Shown: piece after piece, positions 1-8,678 of the stretch
Layout of the letters: the number at the start of each line of letters is the position of its first letter
Numbering within the stretch: position 1 is the first letter of the stretch
IMG/VR virus record: IMGVR_UViG_3300047539_000055
Length of the DNA stretch: 64,000 nt
Source: a virus
Lineage: Duplodnaviria; Caudoviricetes
Strand: one strand, 5' to 3'
Translations under genes and position numbers: made by a program
The notes under the pieces: generated by a model
The model's input: the letters and a program-made list of their open reading frames with translations, nothing else
Told to the model about the DNA's origin: nothing
The model's database searches: none

Positions 1-88
1 GAAGAAACCAATACGTGGGGTGATTGCTGGTTTGGTGTTTGTAATGGTAGTGGTCAAAATTGGCTTGGTAAGATGTTGATACAGATTC

Positions 89-472
89 GTGAGGCGTTGC
101 GTGATTGATATCAAGACGGTTCAAAAATTAGAGGAAGAAGCCCTTGCTCTGCGTATTCTTAGAGAGCAAGAAAAACAAGAATCTGCTCTTAGAGCTTATG
201 AAGAGATGCGCAAGAACAATATAGTCTTGGTTGAAAAGGCAAAAAAGCTGGCTGAAAAAGCCCTTCCTAAAATGCTAACAAAGTTTGAAGAGGATGTAAA
301 ATATGCAATACGAAATGGAGTAAGAACTGTAACAATAAGATGTAATATTGCAGATGACGATCCGTTTATTGTAATGCAAGTACAAATATTAATAATGGGA
401 ATATTATCATTGGAAGGGTTTATATGTAAATATTCCGGTGATAATAAAAATGTATTAATTGTGGGTTGGTAA
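89..472 (+). CDS. hypothetical protein
   Basis: 127-aa ORF, coiled-coil-like N-half, abuts the next ORF. Confidence 0.55.
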   Translation: MRRCVIDIKTVQKLEEEALALRILREQEKQESALRAYEEMRKNNIVLVEKAKKLAEKALPKMLTKFEEDVKYAIRNGVRTVTIRCNIADDDPFIVMQVQILIMGILSLEGFICKYSGDNKNVLIVGW

Positions 473-473
473 A

Positions 474-701
474 ATGAGAGACGAATATGATTTTTCAAAA
501 GGTGTACGCGGTAAATATATCAACAAGATAAGTTCTTGGGTTTTAGAACCAGAAGTTTGTAGATTTTGTGGGAAGCTGACTTACACAAGTTTGGATGATG
601 CAGAGTATGCCGCCAAGCGATCCTCTCAAGGAAAGCAAACAATTAGTACTTATGCTTGCCCATACGAAACGGGCTGGCATTTAACATCAAAACAGAGATA
701 A
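474..701 (+). CDS. small Zn-binding-type phage protein
   Basis: CxxC plus YxCP..GWHLTS motif; ATG at 474 chosen just after the upstream stop. Confidence 0.55.
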   Translation: MRDEYDFSKGVRGKYINKISSWVLEPEVCRFCGKLTYTSLDDAEYAAKRSSQGKQTISTYACPYETGWHLTSKQR

Positions 702-1288
702 GAATTTATAAGTTGTTTTCTTTGTTGATTGTATAATTTTAATGATTTGGAAATTTTTAAGCGCGATACAGGAGATAAGGTTCTATTTTTATTTGAATTA
801 GCAACTTTTTTGCTAAAGCCAAGCGGTTTTGATTTACCTTTTAATCCTTTGGACATTTTTTGTTTAATTGTTTTTGTTTTTTCGACTCCATAAATTTCTT
901 CATATGTTTTACCTAAATTTCGTTTATGTGCTGGATGTATGGATTGTTTGTTTCGGGTTTCGGCGCTACGTTTAGCACCAGATATACCATCGCCGCCATT
1001 GGTCATATTACGAAGACATCCGATTCCAAGATCAATGCGACCATATAAATGAATAAGTAGTACTTCAATTTGTAATGCATTGGCTTCAGTAATATTTTGA
1101 GACACAAATTGAATATTGTTTTTATCATTTGGTTTAATACGATGTTGGGTACAAAAGGCACGATTGCCGATACCTTTTCCAATATAATATGGGGTTCCAA
1201 TAGCACCATATTTTGATTTACGAGAACGTAAATATTGGTAAACATAAAAATTTTTGTTTTGAAAAAGATTTGTGGAATAAATAGTCAT
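650..1288 (-). CDS. free-standing GIY-YIG-like homing endonuclease with NUMOD3-like tail
   Basis: FYVYQYLR...PYYIGKG..RA, LRNMTNGGDG, basic helical C-terminus; start MTIYS at 1288 follows a GGAGG RBS. Confidence 0.8.
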   Translation of the reverse strand: MTIYSTNLFQNKNFYVYQYLRSRKSKYGAIGTPYYIGKGIGNRAFCTQHRIKPNDKNNIQFVSQNITEANALQIEVLLIHLYGRIDLGIGCLRNMTNGGDGISGAKRSAETRNKQSIHPAHKRNLGKTYEEIYGVEKTKTIKQKMSKGLKGKSKPLGFSKKVANSNKNRTLSPVSRLKISKSLKLYNQQRKQLINSYLCFDVKCQPVSYGQA

Positions 1289-1355
1289 ATGCTGTTGTCC
1301 TCCAAGGCGATAGGGCAGTTGGGTCATGACACCGCGAACTGCATAAGTATTTAGC
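1276..1355 (+). ncRNA. candidate two-hairpin antisense RNA element, copy 1
   Basis: AATAAATA(1276) - CUGUUGUC/GGCGAUAG stem with loop CUCCAA - GCAGUU/AACUGC stem with inner GGU/ACC - opposite-strand TAAATA; homologous to 25552 and 29754. Confidence 0.7.
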
Positions 1356-1373
1356 AAAAAGAAAGGGAATAAT

Positions 1374-1955
1374 ATGAGTAATTTATGTCAAAGACCGGTT
1401 TTAATGTTGAGTAGTTCATTCGAACCACTAACAATTTGCAGTGTCAAGAGAGCGATGAAGTTGATCGTCAAGGGAGTTGCTCGTGCAGAGGAAACTCTTG
1501 ATCAGAAGTTTTACACTGGAAAGATGTGGGACGAATATACTGGCGAAATGATAACGGTTGACTTCATGTTGCCGAGTGTCATTAGGTTGCTGGAATATCG
1601 TTACATTCCAATTCGTACCCCAATTGTTACGAGAAAGAATATTTTCAATCGTGACAAGCATATGTGTTTGTATTGTGGTCATCCATTTACAGCAAGTAAG
1701 TTGACTCTTGACCACGTAATTCCACGTTTCTGTGGAGGTAAGAGTACATGGGAAAATCTTGTTTCTTGCTGTATGCCTTGTAACAAAAAGAAGGGAAACA
1801 AGATGTTGCATGAATTGACGGATATGAAGCTGATGTATAAGCCGAGGCCGTTGAACAGCCACACTAGCCGATTCATTATGCGTGATCTTGGTGATGGTGA
1901 TCCATTGTGGAGGAAGTATCTCTACTTTGAGAACAACAATCTGCAAGAAGGCTAA
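1374..1955 (+). CDS. HNH endonuclease (McrA-like family)
   Basis: PSVIRL, RKNIFNRD, CxxC, LTLDHVIP...GG...WENLV.CC..CN..KG. Confidence 0.9.
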   Translation: MSNLCQRPVLMLSSSFEPLTICSVKRAMKLIVKGVARAEETLDQKFYTGKMWDEYTGEMITVDFMLPSVIRLLEYRYIPIRTPIVTRKNIFNRDKHMCLYCGHPFTASKLTLDHVIPRFCGGKSTWENLVSCCMPCNKKKGNKMLHELTDMKLMYKPRPLNSHTSRFIMRDLGDGDPLWRKYLYFENNNLQEG

Positions 1956-1976
1956 TAAACAATCAACATAGTACAG

Positions 1977-2007
1977 AAACAGCGAGTCTTTATGACTCGC
2001 TGTTTTT
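1977..2007 (+). terminator. rho-independent terminator
   Basis: aaacagcgagtc-tttat-gactcgctgttttt. Confidence 0.8.
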
Positions 2008-2017
2008 GTTTGGTATA

Positions 2018-2025
2018 GATAAATA
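2018..2025 (+). promoter_or_regulatory. T4-type late promoter (GATAAATA)
   Basis: TATAAATA-like octamer about 27 nt before the structural gene at 2052; similar sites at 7891, 11169, 30281, 34753, 58137, 58630, 58781, 62396. Confidence 0.65.
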
Positions 2026-2051
2026 CTACTACTTAGGATAGGTGTTTATCT

Positions 2052-3185
2052 ATGTCCAGTTCTATAAAAATTAGTCAACTTCCATTTGCTCCGTCTTTAT
2101 CAAATGTGGCTATTTTTCCGCTTGTTCAAAATTCAATAACAGAAAAAGCCACAATTGCACAGCTTGCCGGTTTTCTTAATGGACAGATTGGTGGTGCGCA
2201 AGGACCACAAGGAAACCAAGGTAATACTGGTGGACCGCAAGGTTTCCAAGGAAACCAAGGAAACCAAGGCAACCAAGGTACTGGAAATCAAGGAACTCAA
2301 GGAAATCAAGGAGCATCTGTCCACGGATCACAAGGTAATAATGGTGCGACAGGATTACAAGGAGTCCCTGGAACACAAGGAGTTCAAGGAGTTCAAGGAG
2401 GCCAAGGAAGCCAAGGAAATCAATCCAGCGTTCAAGGCAATCAAGGAAATCAAGGAAATCAAGGCATTCAAGGCGCTGGATTCCAAGGCACGCAGGGATC
2501 ACAAGGAAATCAAGGCAATCAAGGAACTTCTGTTCAAGGAACACAAGGTCCACAAGGTTCTGGATATCAAGGTTTTCAAGGAAATCAAGGAAATAACGGA
2601 ACGCAAGGCAATCAAGGTATTCAAGGCGCGGGATTCCAAGGCAATCAAGGAAACACTGGAACACAAGGAAATCAAGGCATTCAAGGCGCTGGATTTCAAG
2701 GCAACCAAGGCAATCAAGGAAATCAAGCAAGCAACGGAGCGCAAGGAAATCAAGGCATTCAAGGTGCTGGTTTCCAAGGAAGCCAAGGAAATCAAGGTGA
2801 CCAAGGTGGTGCTGGAACTCAAGGTAATACTGGCCCACAAGGAACTCAAGGATTACAAGGCAATCAAGGCAATCAGGGAATCCAAGGCACTCAAGGATTA
2901 CAAGGCACTCAAGGCACTCAAGGATTACAAGGAACTCAAGGCAATCAAGGCAATCAAGGAGTTGGACATATTATTGTATTGGCTAATGCTTCACCTTCAT
3001 CGCCTGGTCCATTTGTTGTAGGACACACTTTAGGCTCTGCTCCCGAAGCAGTTGCAATTACAATGATTACCGGCGGCCAGATTTGGCTAAATACTGCTAA
3101 TATTTCTATTGGGTATGATTCGGCCAATATTTATTGTGTTGCATCAGATGCTAATGTTGCAGCACGCATTTATGTATGGAGTTAA
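2052..3185 (+). CDS. collagen-like (Gly-X-Gln) fibre protein
   Basis: long G-x-Q triplet repeat; N-terminal IKISQLP motif typical of phage fibre proteins; late promoter. Confidence 0.8.
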   Translation: MSSSIKISQLPFAPSLSNVAIFPLVQNSITEKATIAQLAGFLNGQIGGAQGPQGNQGNTGGPQGFQGNQGNQGNQGTGNQGTQGNQGASVHGSQGNNGATGLQGVPGTQGVQGVQGGQGSQGNQSSVQGNQGNQGNQGIQGAGFQGTQGSQGNQGNQGTSVQGTQGPQGSGYQGFQGNQGNNGTQGNQGIQGAGFQGNQGNTGTQGNQGIQGAGFQGNQGNQGNQASNGAQGNQGIQGAGFQGSQGNQGDQGGAGTQGNTGPQGTQGLQGNQGNQGIQGTQGLQGTQGTQGLQGTQGNQGNQGVGHIIVLANASPSSPGPFVVGHTLGSAPEAVAITMITGGQIWLNTANISIGYDSANIYCVASDANVAARIYVWS

Positions 3186-3194
3186 GAGGAAAAG

Positions 3195-4391
3195 ATGAAG
3201 AAATTATTTGGTATTTTAGCTTTTGTAATTGCGATGCTCCCATTGATAGGCAGCGCTCAAGAAATCCAATTAGGACCAAATAATATTCAGGTCAAAGGAA
3301 CTCTTCAGCAAGCATATGGCGGAACAGGTTCAACTCAGCCAATTCCAACAAACTGTTTTGGTGCTACTAATGCTTTGTTTTGGGATCCGGTTGCTGTGAA
3401 GTTTGGATGTAATACAATTGCTGGTGGCGGTGGTGGTGTTACTCTTGTTGCTGCAACCAGTTCTTATATGTTTACAGTTGGTGTTGCAACTGCCAGCACA
3501 ACGCCAAGTATTACTTTCACTTTTGGAAATACAAATAATCAAGTTTATGTTGGAACTGGTACAGGAACAGGATATTGGACTACCATTCCAGAATGTAACG
3601 GCGGAAACAATGCTTTATCATTTGATAATACTTTGCAATCTTTTGGATGTAATACAATTACTGGCGGTGGTGGGGGCGGTGGAACTACAACTAACCCAGT
3701 AACATTTGCCGGTAGTGGTGGTGCATCGGCCGGTGCTTCATTCAATGGTTCTTCTGCTGTCACAATTGATTATCACACTGTCGGCGCTCCATCTGTTTCT
3801 GGTACTGGTGCAACAGGAACTTGGGGTATCAATATTTCTGGTATCGCCTCGCAAGTTGCTCAATCAGTAACTTTTGCCGCTTCTGGTGGTGCAGCCCCTT
3901 CGCAAGTATATAATGGATCATCAGCATTTACGGTTGATTATCATACTGTTGGCGCTCCATCAGCTACAGGAACAGGTGCATCAGGAACTTGGGCAATTAG
4001 CGTTACAGGAAATGCTGGTACTGCTTCTGCTTTAGCTTCTACACCAGGACTTTGCTCGTATGGACAATTTGCATATGGTATTCTTGCTAATGGCAGTGGT
4101 GTTTGCAGTCCTTCAAATGTAACTCTTACAATGCCTTCAGGAACACCCATTACTTATAATACTTGTACAACTCCACAAACACAATCATACATTGGTGTCA
4201 GATCAGCATCAACATTCACATCAGCTTTTGCTACAAACCCGACTGCTGTTAACGGTTGGGGAGCTAATGGCGGATTAGTACTTATGTTGTGGCCAGATAG
4301 TTCCAATGATAATCTTGATTGGTCTGTTTGTAATCAAGACAATATAAATATCACGCCGGGGGCGATGAATATCAATGTTGGAGTGAAGTAA
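3195..4391 (+). CDS. Gly/Thr-rich fibre- or adhesin-like protein with signal peptide
   Basis: Sec-type N-terminus, duplicated C-x17-C and DYHTVGAPS.TGTGA.GTW.I repeats. Confidence 0.65.
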   Translation: MKKLFGILAFVIAMLPLIGSAQEIQLGPNNIQVKGTLQQAYGGTGSTQPIPTNCFGATNALFWDPVAVKFGCNTIAGGGGGVTLVAATSSYMFTVGVATASTTPSITFTFGNTNNQVYVGTGTGTGYWTTIPECNGGNNALSFDNTLQSFGCNTITGGGGGGGTTTNPVTFAGSGGASAGASFNGSSAVTIDYHTVGAPSVSGTGATGTWGINISGIASQVAQSVTFAASGGAAPSQVYNGSSAFTVDYHTVGAPSATGTGASGTWAISVTGNAGTASALASTPGLCSYGQFAYGILANGSGVCSPSNVTLTMPSGTPITYNTCTTPQTQSYIGVRSASTFTSAFATNPTAVNGWGANGGLVLMLWPDSSNDNLDWSVCNQDNINITPGAMNINVGVK

Positions 4392-4879
4392 TGAAGCAGT
4401 TTCTAATAGCAATTGCATTATTATTTTGTTCAAGCATTGCATTTGGACAAGCCGGAACTGCGCCCGGTAGAGTAACTGGTAATCATGGTATACATGGAAC
4501 ATTCATTTTGTATGCAGGAATATCAGTTTCTTGTAATCAATCTTCTTCTCCATTATGTCCACAAACAAGTGGATCATTTACTGGCCCAAACCAAGTCGCG
4601 GCTGGTATTATGAATTTTTCTTCAACTCATGATGCGAGTGGTGGTAGTTCTGGCACAGGCGGTGGTTCTGGTACTCTTTATGTTACTTGTAATGGTGGTT
4701 CTCCGCTTGGAGTCGCAGAAGTGACATTGCCAAGTGGAGTACCTTCATATTCAACTCCAGCATGTTCAGGCGTAATAAATTTGAATCAAATACAATTTTA
4801 TGCTGTTATTGCTGGTGGTGGCGCACCTGGATATTCGGAAAATTTTAATTCTCCAACCCAAATTATTGTTACTTTCTAA
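4391..4879 (+). CDS. secreted Cys/Gly-rich protein
   Basis: signal peptide, translationally coupled to the previous gene. Confidence 0.6.
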   Translation: MKQFLIAIALLFCSSIAFGQAGTAPGRVTGNHGIHGTFILYAGISVSCNQSSSPLCPQTSGSFTGPNQVAAGIMNFSSTHDASGGSSGTGGGSGTLYVTCNGGSPLGVAEVTLPSGVPSYSTPACSGVINLNQIQFYAVIAGGGAPGYSENFNSPTQIIVTF

Positions 4880-4937
4880 GTCCTTTAGAATCAACATAAT
4901 TATTTTCCTTGACATTTCCAAAAATTTAGTGTAGTAT
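4878..4937 (+). promoter_or_regulatory. early sigma70-type promoter with upstream IHF-like site
   Basis: aagtcctttagaatcaacataat, then TTGACA(4909)-17-TAGTAT. Confidence 0.55.
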
Positions 4938-5045
4938 TGATCGTAAGCAGATGTTTTATTTGTAGTTATTTGAGCCTGAATTTAATTTAGGCTCTTTTCT
5001 TGACATTTTCGCCCCAATAAGGTATAATAATTTTGTGAGGTTTAT

Positions 5046-5234
5046 ATGAAGCAACCGTCGAACCCAGATTTTGCTCAGGCCGCACTTGAGGCTCTTACAA
5101 AGGCTCGTAAATTGCACGATGTTTCGCGTATTACAGAAGCCGTCAATCGTGCTTCGCTTTTGCTTGCTCTCACCCCACAAGAAGCTGAAAAAGAAATGCG
5201 TCAAAAATTTGAACAAGAAAAGAGTAATTTGTGA
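5046..5234 (+). CDS. hypothetical protein
   Basis: GAGG RBS, downstream of a TTGACA..TATAAT promoter at about 5000. Confidence 0.55.
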   Translation: MKQPSNPDFAQAALEALTKARKLHDVSRITEAVNRASLLLALTPQEAEKEMRQKFEQEKSNL

Positions 5235-6307
5235 AGACATATACATCCGACGAATTTGATAAATTGAAGCGCGTAACTTATGAAGACTTGAAAGCAAATA
5301 AGTCAATTGTTACCAAAGATGCAGAAGTAAATTGGTATGTTTTATATGGCACACCAGATGGAAAGTATCTTACAGCAAATTTGTGGTATGCTGATAGCTG
5401 TCAGAAAACCATAAATTTTTCAATAAGAAAGCTTGATCAATTTGTGCGCCTTGTTCCAGAAACTCCAAAGACACCAGAACGAAAAGAACGATGGTTCGAT
5501 GTTTTTGAAGATGGTCCATATTTTGGAAGCGGTGGTTTTTCAACTAAAGGGATGGCCGTCAAATATAGTAAATATGGCTTACTACTTAAAGTTGAAGTTG
5601 AAAAGCAACCTGATGGAACTTGGATTGTTGTGACTGATACCAAAGCTGAAACCGAGATAAATTATCTTGCCGAGATAAACGGATCAATATCGTCAACGTT
5701 TCCAGAACAATTTGGAAAGATTACGGTGACACATTATGATAAAGCTTTAGATGATCCTAATAGTTATCAATGGGTTCGTGCTAATGATTATCCGCAAAAG
5801 ACACTTACACTTACTGAAGCATTTGATAAAGCATCGCGAGTGCCACACAATCCTACAGATTGGAAAAAATCATTAAATGACAGCGGTTGGTATCGCGATG
5901 ATAATAGTTATCAATGGGAGCGTAAAGTTCAACCCCATTCTTTTTATGATATTGATAATGATTATGCGCATGGTTTGATTACCTATGATGAATGGATGCT
6001 GATGGGACACGCAGATTTCCAAGTAAACCCTACAAAAGAACCAACACGAAAGATGAGTTGGGTTAATGTATACAGAGACGGGCCAATTGTAATAGATGGT
6101 GGTTATGCCACACAAGAAGAAGCAAACGAAATTGATTCAAAAGGTAGTCGTCTTGCCGTAGGGCAAGCCTATGTAGAACTCGAACAAAAACCCAATGGCC
6201 TCTGGAAATTTTCTGAGAAAAAAGAAGGTTCGGTAAAACAAGTGGATGATGAAGGTTGGTCTTGGGGTTTCAAAGGAAGAAGGAAATCTCCTTCTGGAGT
6301 GAAATAA
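5231..6307 (+). CDS. hypothetical protein with internal duplication
   Basis: 358 aa; two W..V..DGP....GG..T...E.E..P.G.W units. Confidence 0.6.
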   Translation: MKTYTSDEFDKLKRVTYEDLKANKSIVTKDAEVNWYVLYGTPDGKYLTANLWYADSCQKTINFSIRKLDQFVRLVPETPKTPERKERWFDVFEDGPYFGSGGFSTKGMAVKYSKYGLLLKVEVEKQPDGTWIVVTDTKAETEINYLAEINGSISSTFPEQFGKITVTHYDKALDDPNSYQWVRANDYPQKTLTLTEAFDKASRVPHNPTDWKKSLNDSGWYRDDNSYQWERKVQPHSFYDIDNDYAHGLITYDEWMLMGHADFQVNPTKEPTRKMSWVNVYRDGPIVIDGGYATQEEANEIDSKGSRLAVGQAYVELEQKPNGLWKFSEKKEGSVKQVDDEGWSWGFKGRRKSPSGVK

Positions 6308-6308
6308 T

Positions 6309-6524
6309 ATGACTATTTTTCATCGTCATACATATGATGGTTCAAAATGGAAGAAAGATAATGACCTTGCTGTTACTGAACGGCATGATATTGATACTTG
6401 GTTTTGGACTGTTGGCCCAGTAGCAAGAAAATTACCAGAATCAAAGGTTGTTGAAAAGCGTGTCACCTATACGAATACTTGTTTGACGTGTGGTGACTTG
6501 ACAAGCAAAACTATTGTTACATAA
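6309..6524 (+). CDS. hypothetical Zn-ribbon-like protein
   Basis: HxH ... CxxC. Confidence 0.5.
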   Translation: MTIFHRHTYDGSKWKKDNDLAVTERHDIDTWFWTVGPVARKLPESKVVEKRVTYTNTCLTCGDLTSKTIVT

Positions 6525-6686
6525 GGAATAAAATGGAAAATCCAGCAACTTGGAATGAAGATGTAAAAGCAGTTCAAACCGCCATAGACGATTATAATAG
6601 ACAGATTGCCGAAGGAAGCTGTGGCTTCTCTCTTGCAAAATTTATTGAATTCGAGGTTATCGCTCCACTTCGTGAGCAACTTGAAA

Positions 6687-7115
6687 ATGGAAAGTATTAT
6701 GAATGAATTTGTATTACAACCATGGGTTGCAACTGTCGGTTTGAAGATGCAATCCATTCTATTGTCAGGATTTAGAGCGCCCGATGCTAAAACTCAATTT
6801 GTAAAGAAATGCATTAGATGGCATCGTTCCAATTGTCAAGTCGATGCCGATCCATTCAAGCAATCATATATGCAAACGGTTGAAATGAATCAAATCTTGA
6901 TCAACGGAGCCATTGATGAACTTGAATATCTGCCAGTCCATTATGTTCATCATCTTGCAGATTCGTTCAGGATCGCCGCGATTTTTCATCCATCTGCCCC
7001 TGTTCGCATACCATCGTTTGAATTGCATTCGCTTATTGCAACAGAACTATTTCATTTCAAGCCGGAAACTGATGAAGAGTTTTTAGAACGACATAAGGAT
7101 AAAAGAATTATATGA
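6687..7115 (+). CDS. hypothetical phage protein
   Basis: ORF coupled to the next gene; start uncertain (6687 or 6699). Confidence 0.55.
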   Translation: MESIMNEFVLQPWVATVGLKMQSILLSGFRAPDAKTQFVKKCIRWHRSNCQVDADPFKQSYMQTVEMNQILINGAIDELEYLPVHYVHHLADSFRIAAIFHPSAPVRIPSFELHSLIATELFHFKPETDEEFLERHKDKRII

Positions 7116-7867
7116 AATTTATTATTTTACTATGCTTGCTATCACAGTTAGCATATGGTCAGCTTTGTACCAGTGCTACTAGTCCTTGTCTTCTTATTCC
7201 TTCTACACCAATCGGATCAGCAGTATCAACAGCGTCAGGAACTCTTACATTTAGTAGTGGTACTAGTACTTGGTTACCAACTACATTTTTCAATAGATCG
7301 GCGCATGAGTATGCATTGGCTACTATGAAAGAGTATCAAGATTATCTAAAACTTTATCATTCTGAGATGTCCGATACGGAATTAAATTTTGCTGTTGGAA
7401 ACCTGCCAAATGGAGATATGCAATCATTTACAGTATTGCCAAATGGTAAGGTTGAATTGAAAAATATCACTATTGAAGACGCTTTTTTATCTCTGTATGC
7501 AGATCGGGTAAAGGATGATTTAGCTGAATTGAAAAAGATAGATGCCGAAGATAGAGAACGTACAAGAGAACGTAAGAGTATTCCACCAGCAGACATTATT
7601 ACGGGAAATACAGCTTATTCAGTGAATAACATAGCAGATTGGTCTAATGGAATGGAGGTTGGAGACACAAATTGCGTATTACAAAGAGTACGAATATTGA
7701 AAACCGACCCAACAAAGCGCGATACAATGTTACATGAAATAATGCACGTGGCTACAAATTGTGATACGGATAAGAACTTACATAAGGCAATTTACCGATT
7801 AACACCGAGTTTATTGCAAATTCTTAGAAGTAATCCTGATCTTGTAAAATATTTGATGGCAAAATAA
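7112..7867 (+). CDS. secreted protein with HExxH metallopeptidase-like motif
   Basis: signal peptide; TMLHEIMHVA. Confidence 0.55.
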   Translation: MKFIILLCLLSQLAYGQLCTSATSPCLLIPSTPIGSAVSTASGTLTFSSGTSTWLPTTFFNRSAHEYALATMKEYQDYLKLYHSEMSDTELNFAVGNLPNGDMQSFTVLPNGKVELKNITIEDAFLSLYADRVKDDLAELKKIDAEDRERTRERKSIPPADIITGNTAYSVNNIADWSNGMEVGDTNCVLQRVRILKTDPTKRDTMLHEIMHVATNCDTDKNLHKAIYRLTPSLLQILRSNPDLVKYLMAK

Positions 7868-7906
7868 AGCCACAAGAAATCAAAATTTTAGATAAATACT
7901 TGCACT

Positions 7907-8164
7907 ATGAAATGGACCAAAATAACGTGGCTGATATTAGTCGGTTTTTTTGGTGGATATTTCGCGTCACGACTTGTTCCGCAAGAACCGTTGCAATTAG
8001 GTAGTAGTTTGTGGATGGCATCAGTACATTGTGATATTCGTGAATCTAAAGCATTTAACTGTAAAATAATGCCTGGATTTACACTTGACAATGTTGTTAC
8101 AGAGTGGTATACTCTATATATTGGTAACACTTCGAACGTTGATGATTCGGGTGGTGATCAGTAG
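7907..8164 (+). CDS. membrane-anchored hypothetical protein
   Basis: late promoter at 7891; N-terminal TM helix. Confidence 0.5.
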   Translation: MKWTKITWLILVGFFGGYFASRLVPQEPLQLGSSLWMASVHCDIRESKAFNCKIMPGFTLDNVVTEWYTLYIGNTSNVDDSGGDQ

Positions 8165-8181
8165 AATCAAGATTATTATTT

Positions 8182-8275
8182 AGCCCTATAGTTTAACGGC
8201 AGAACAGCGGCCTTATAACCCGTATTAGCATTAGATAGATGCATTGTCTCAGTTCGAATCTGAGTGGGGCTACCA
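8182..8275 (+). tRNA. tRNA with UAU anticodon (nominally Ile) and long variable arm
   Basis: acceptor AGCCCTA/TGGGGCT-A-CCA, loop CT-TAT-AA, T-arm ctcag-TTCGAAT-ctgag, ~24 nt variable arm. Confidence 0.85.
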
Positions 8276-8293
8276 AAAATAAGAAAGGTTGTT

Positions 8294-8506
8294 ATGAAGG
8301 GTTATTTAACAATATTATTTGCTATTGGAGCAGTCATTAATAGTTTTGTACTGGCGTGGCTTAGTTCAATGCATAATGTGTGGTTTGCTACTTGGTGGTA
8401 TAATACAGCATTAGGTTGGGTGGGATTTTTAACATTTACTTGTGGAACTACTGCTATTATCCGATTTTTAATGTGGCTTGATCCTATGATGTGTGATGAT
8501 AAATAA
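8294..8506 (+). CDS. small membrane protein
   Basis: AAAGG RBS; two hydrophobic segments; lies between tRNAs. Confidence 0.55.
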   Translation: MKGYLTILFAIGAVINSFVLAWLSSMHNVWFATWWYNTALGWVGFLTFTCGTTAIIRFLMWLDPMMCDDK

Positions 8507-8514
8507 TTATATGT

Positions 8515-8589
8515 GGGCGTGTCGTCCAACGGATAGGACCACAATCTTCTAAATTGAAAATGCAGGTTCGATTCCTGCCATGCCTACCA
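8515..8589 (+). tRNA. tRNA-Arg(UCU)
   Basis: GGGCGTG/CATGCCT-A-CCA, loop CT-TCT-AA, gcagg-TTCGATT-cctgc. Confidence 0.9.
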
Positions 8590-8603
8590 AATTAGCTCCA
8601 TTA

Positions 8604-8678
8604 GCTCCATTAGTTCAACGGATAGAACACTGGTCTTCGGAACCAGCTATGAGGGTTCAAATCCTTCATGGAGTACCA
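8604..8678 (+). tRNA. tRNA-Arg(UCG)
   Basis: GCTCCAT/ATGGAGT-A-CCA, ctggt-CT-TCG-GA-accag, gaggg-TTCAAAT-ccttc. Confidence 0.92.

Noticed and set aside
474-520. BrnA-type antitoxin suggested by MRDEYDFSKGVRGKY
   Set aside because: Only a short N-terminal resemblance; no ribbon-helix-helix body or adjacent toxin
1276-1355. Self-cleaving ribozyme (hammerhead, HDV/theta, twister) or simple terminator reading of the repeated element
   Set aside because: I could not place the catalytic core consensus or required pseudoknots by eye, and there is no U-tract; kept as an antisense RNA candidate, though an Rfam scan is still needed
2133-3021. Alternative-frame and antisense ORFs over the collagen-like gene
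   Set aside because: Shadows of the 9-nt periodic repeat, with no RBS or plausible composition
8264-8293. ORF-track start overlapping the tRNA 3' end
   Set aside because: ATG at 8294 with an RBS is the better start
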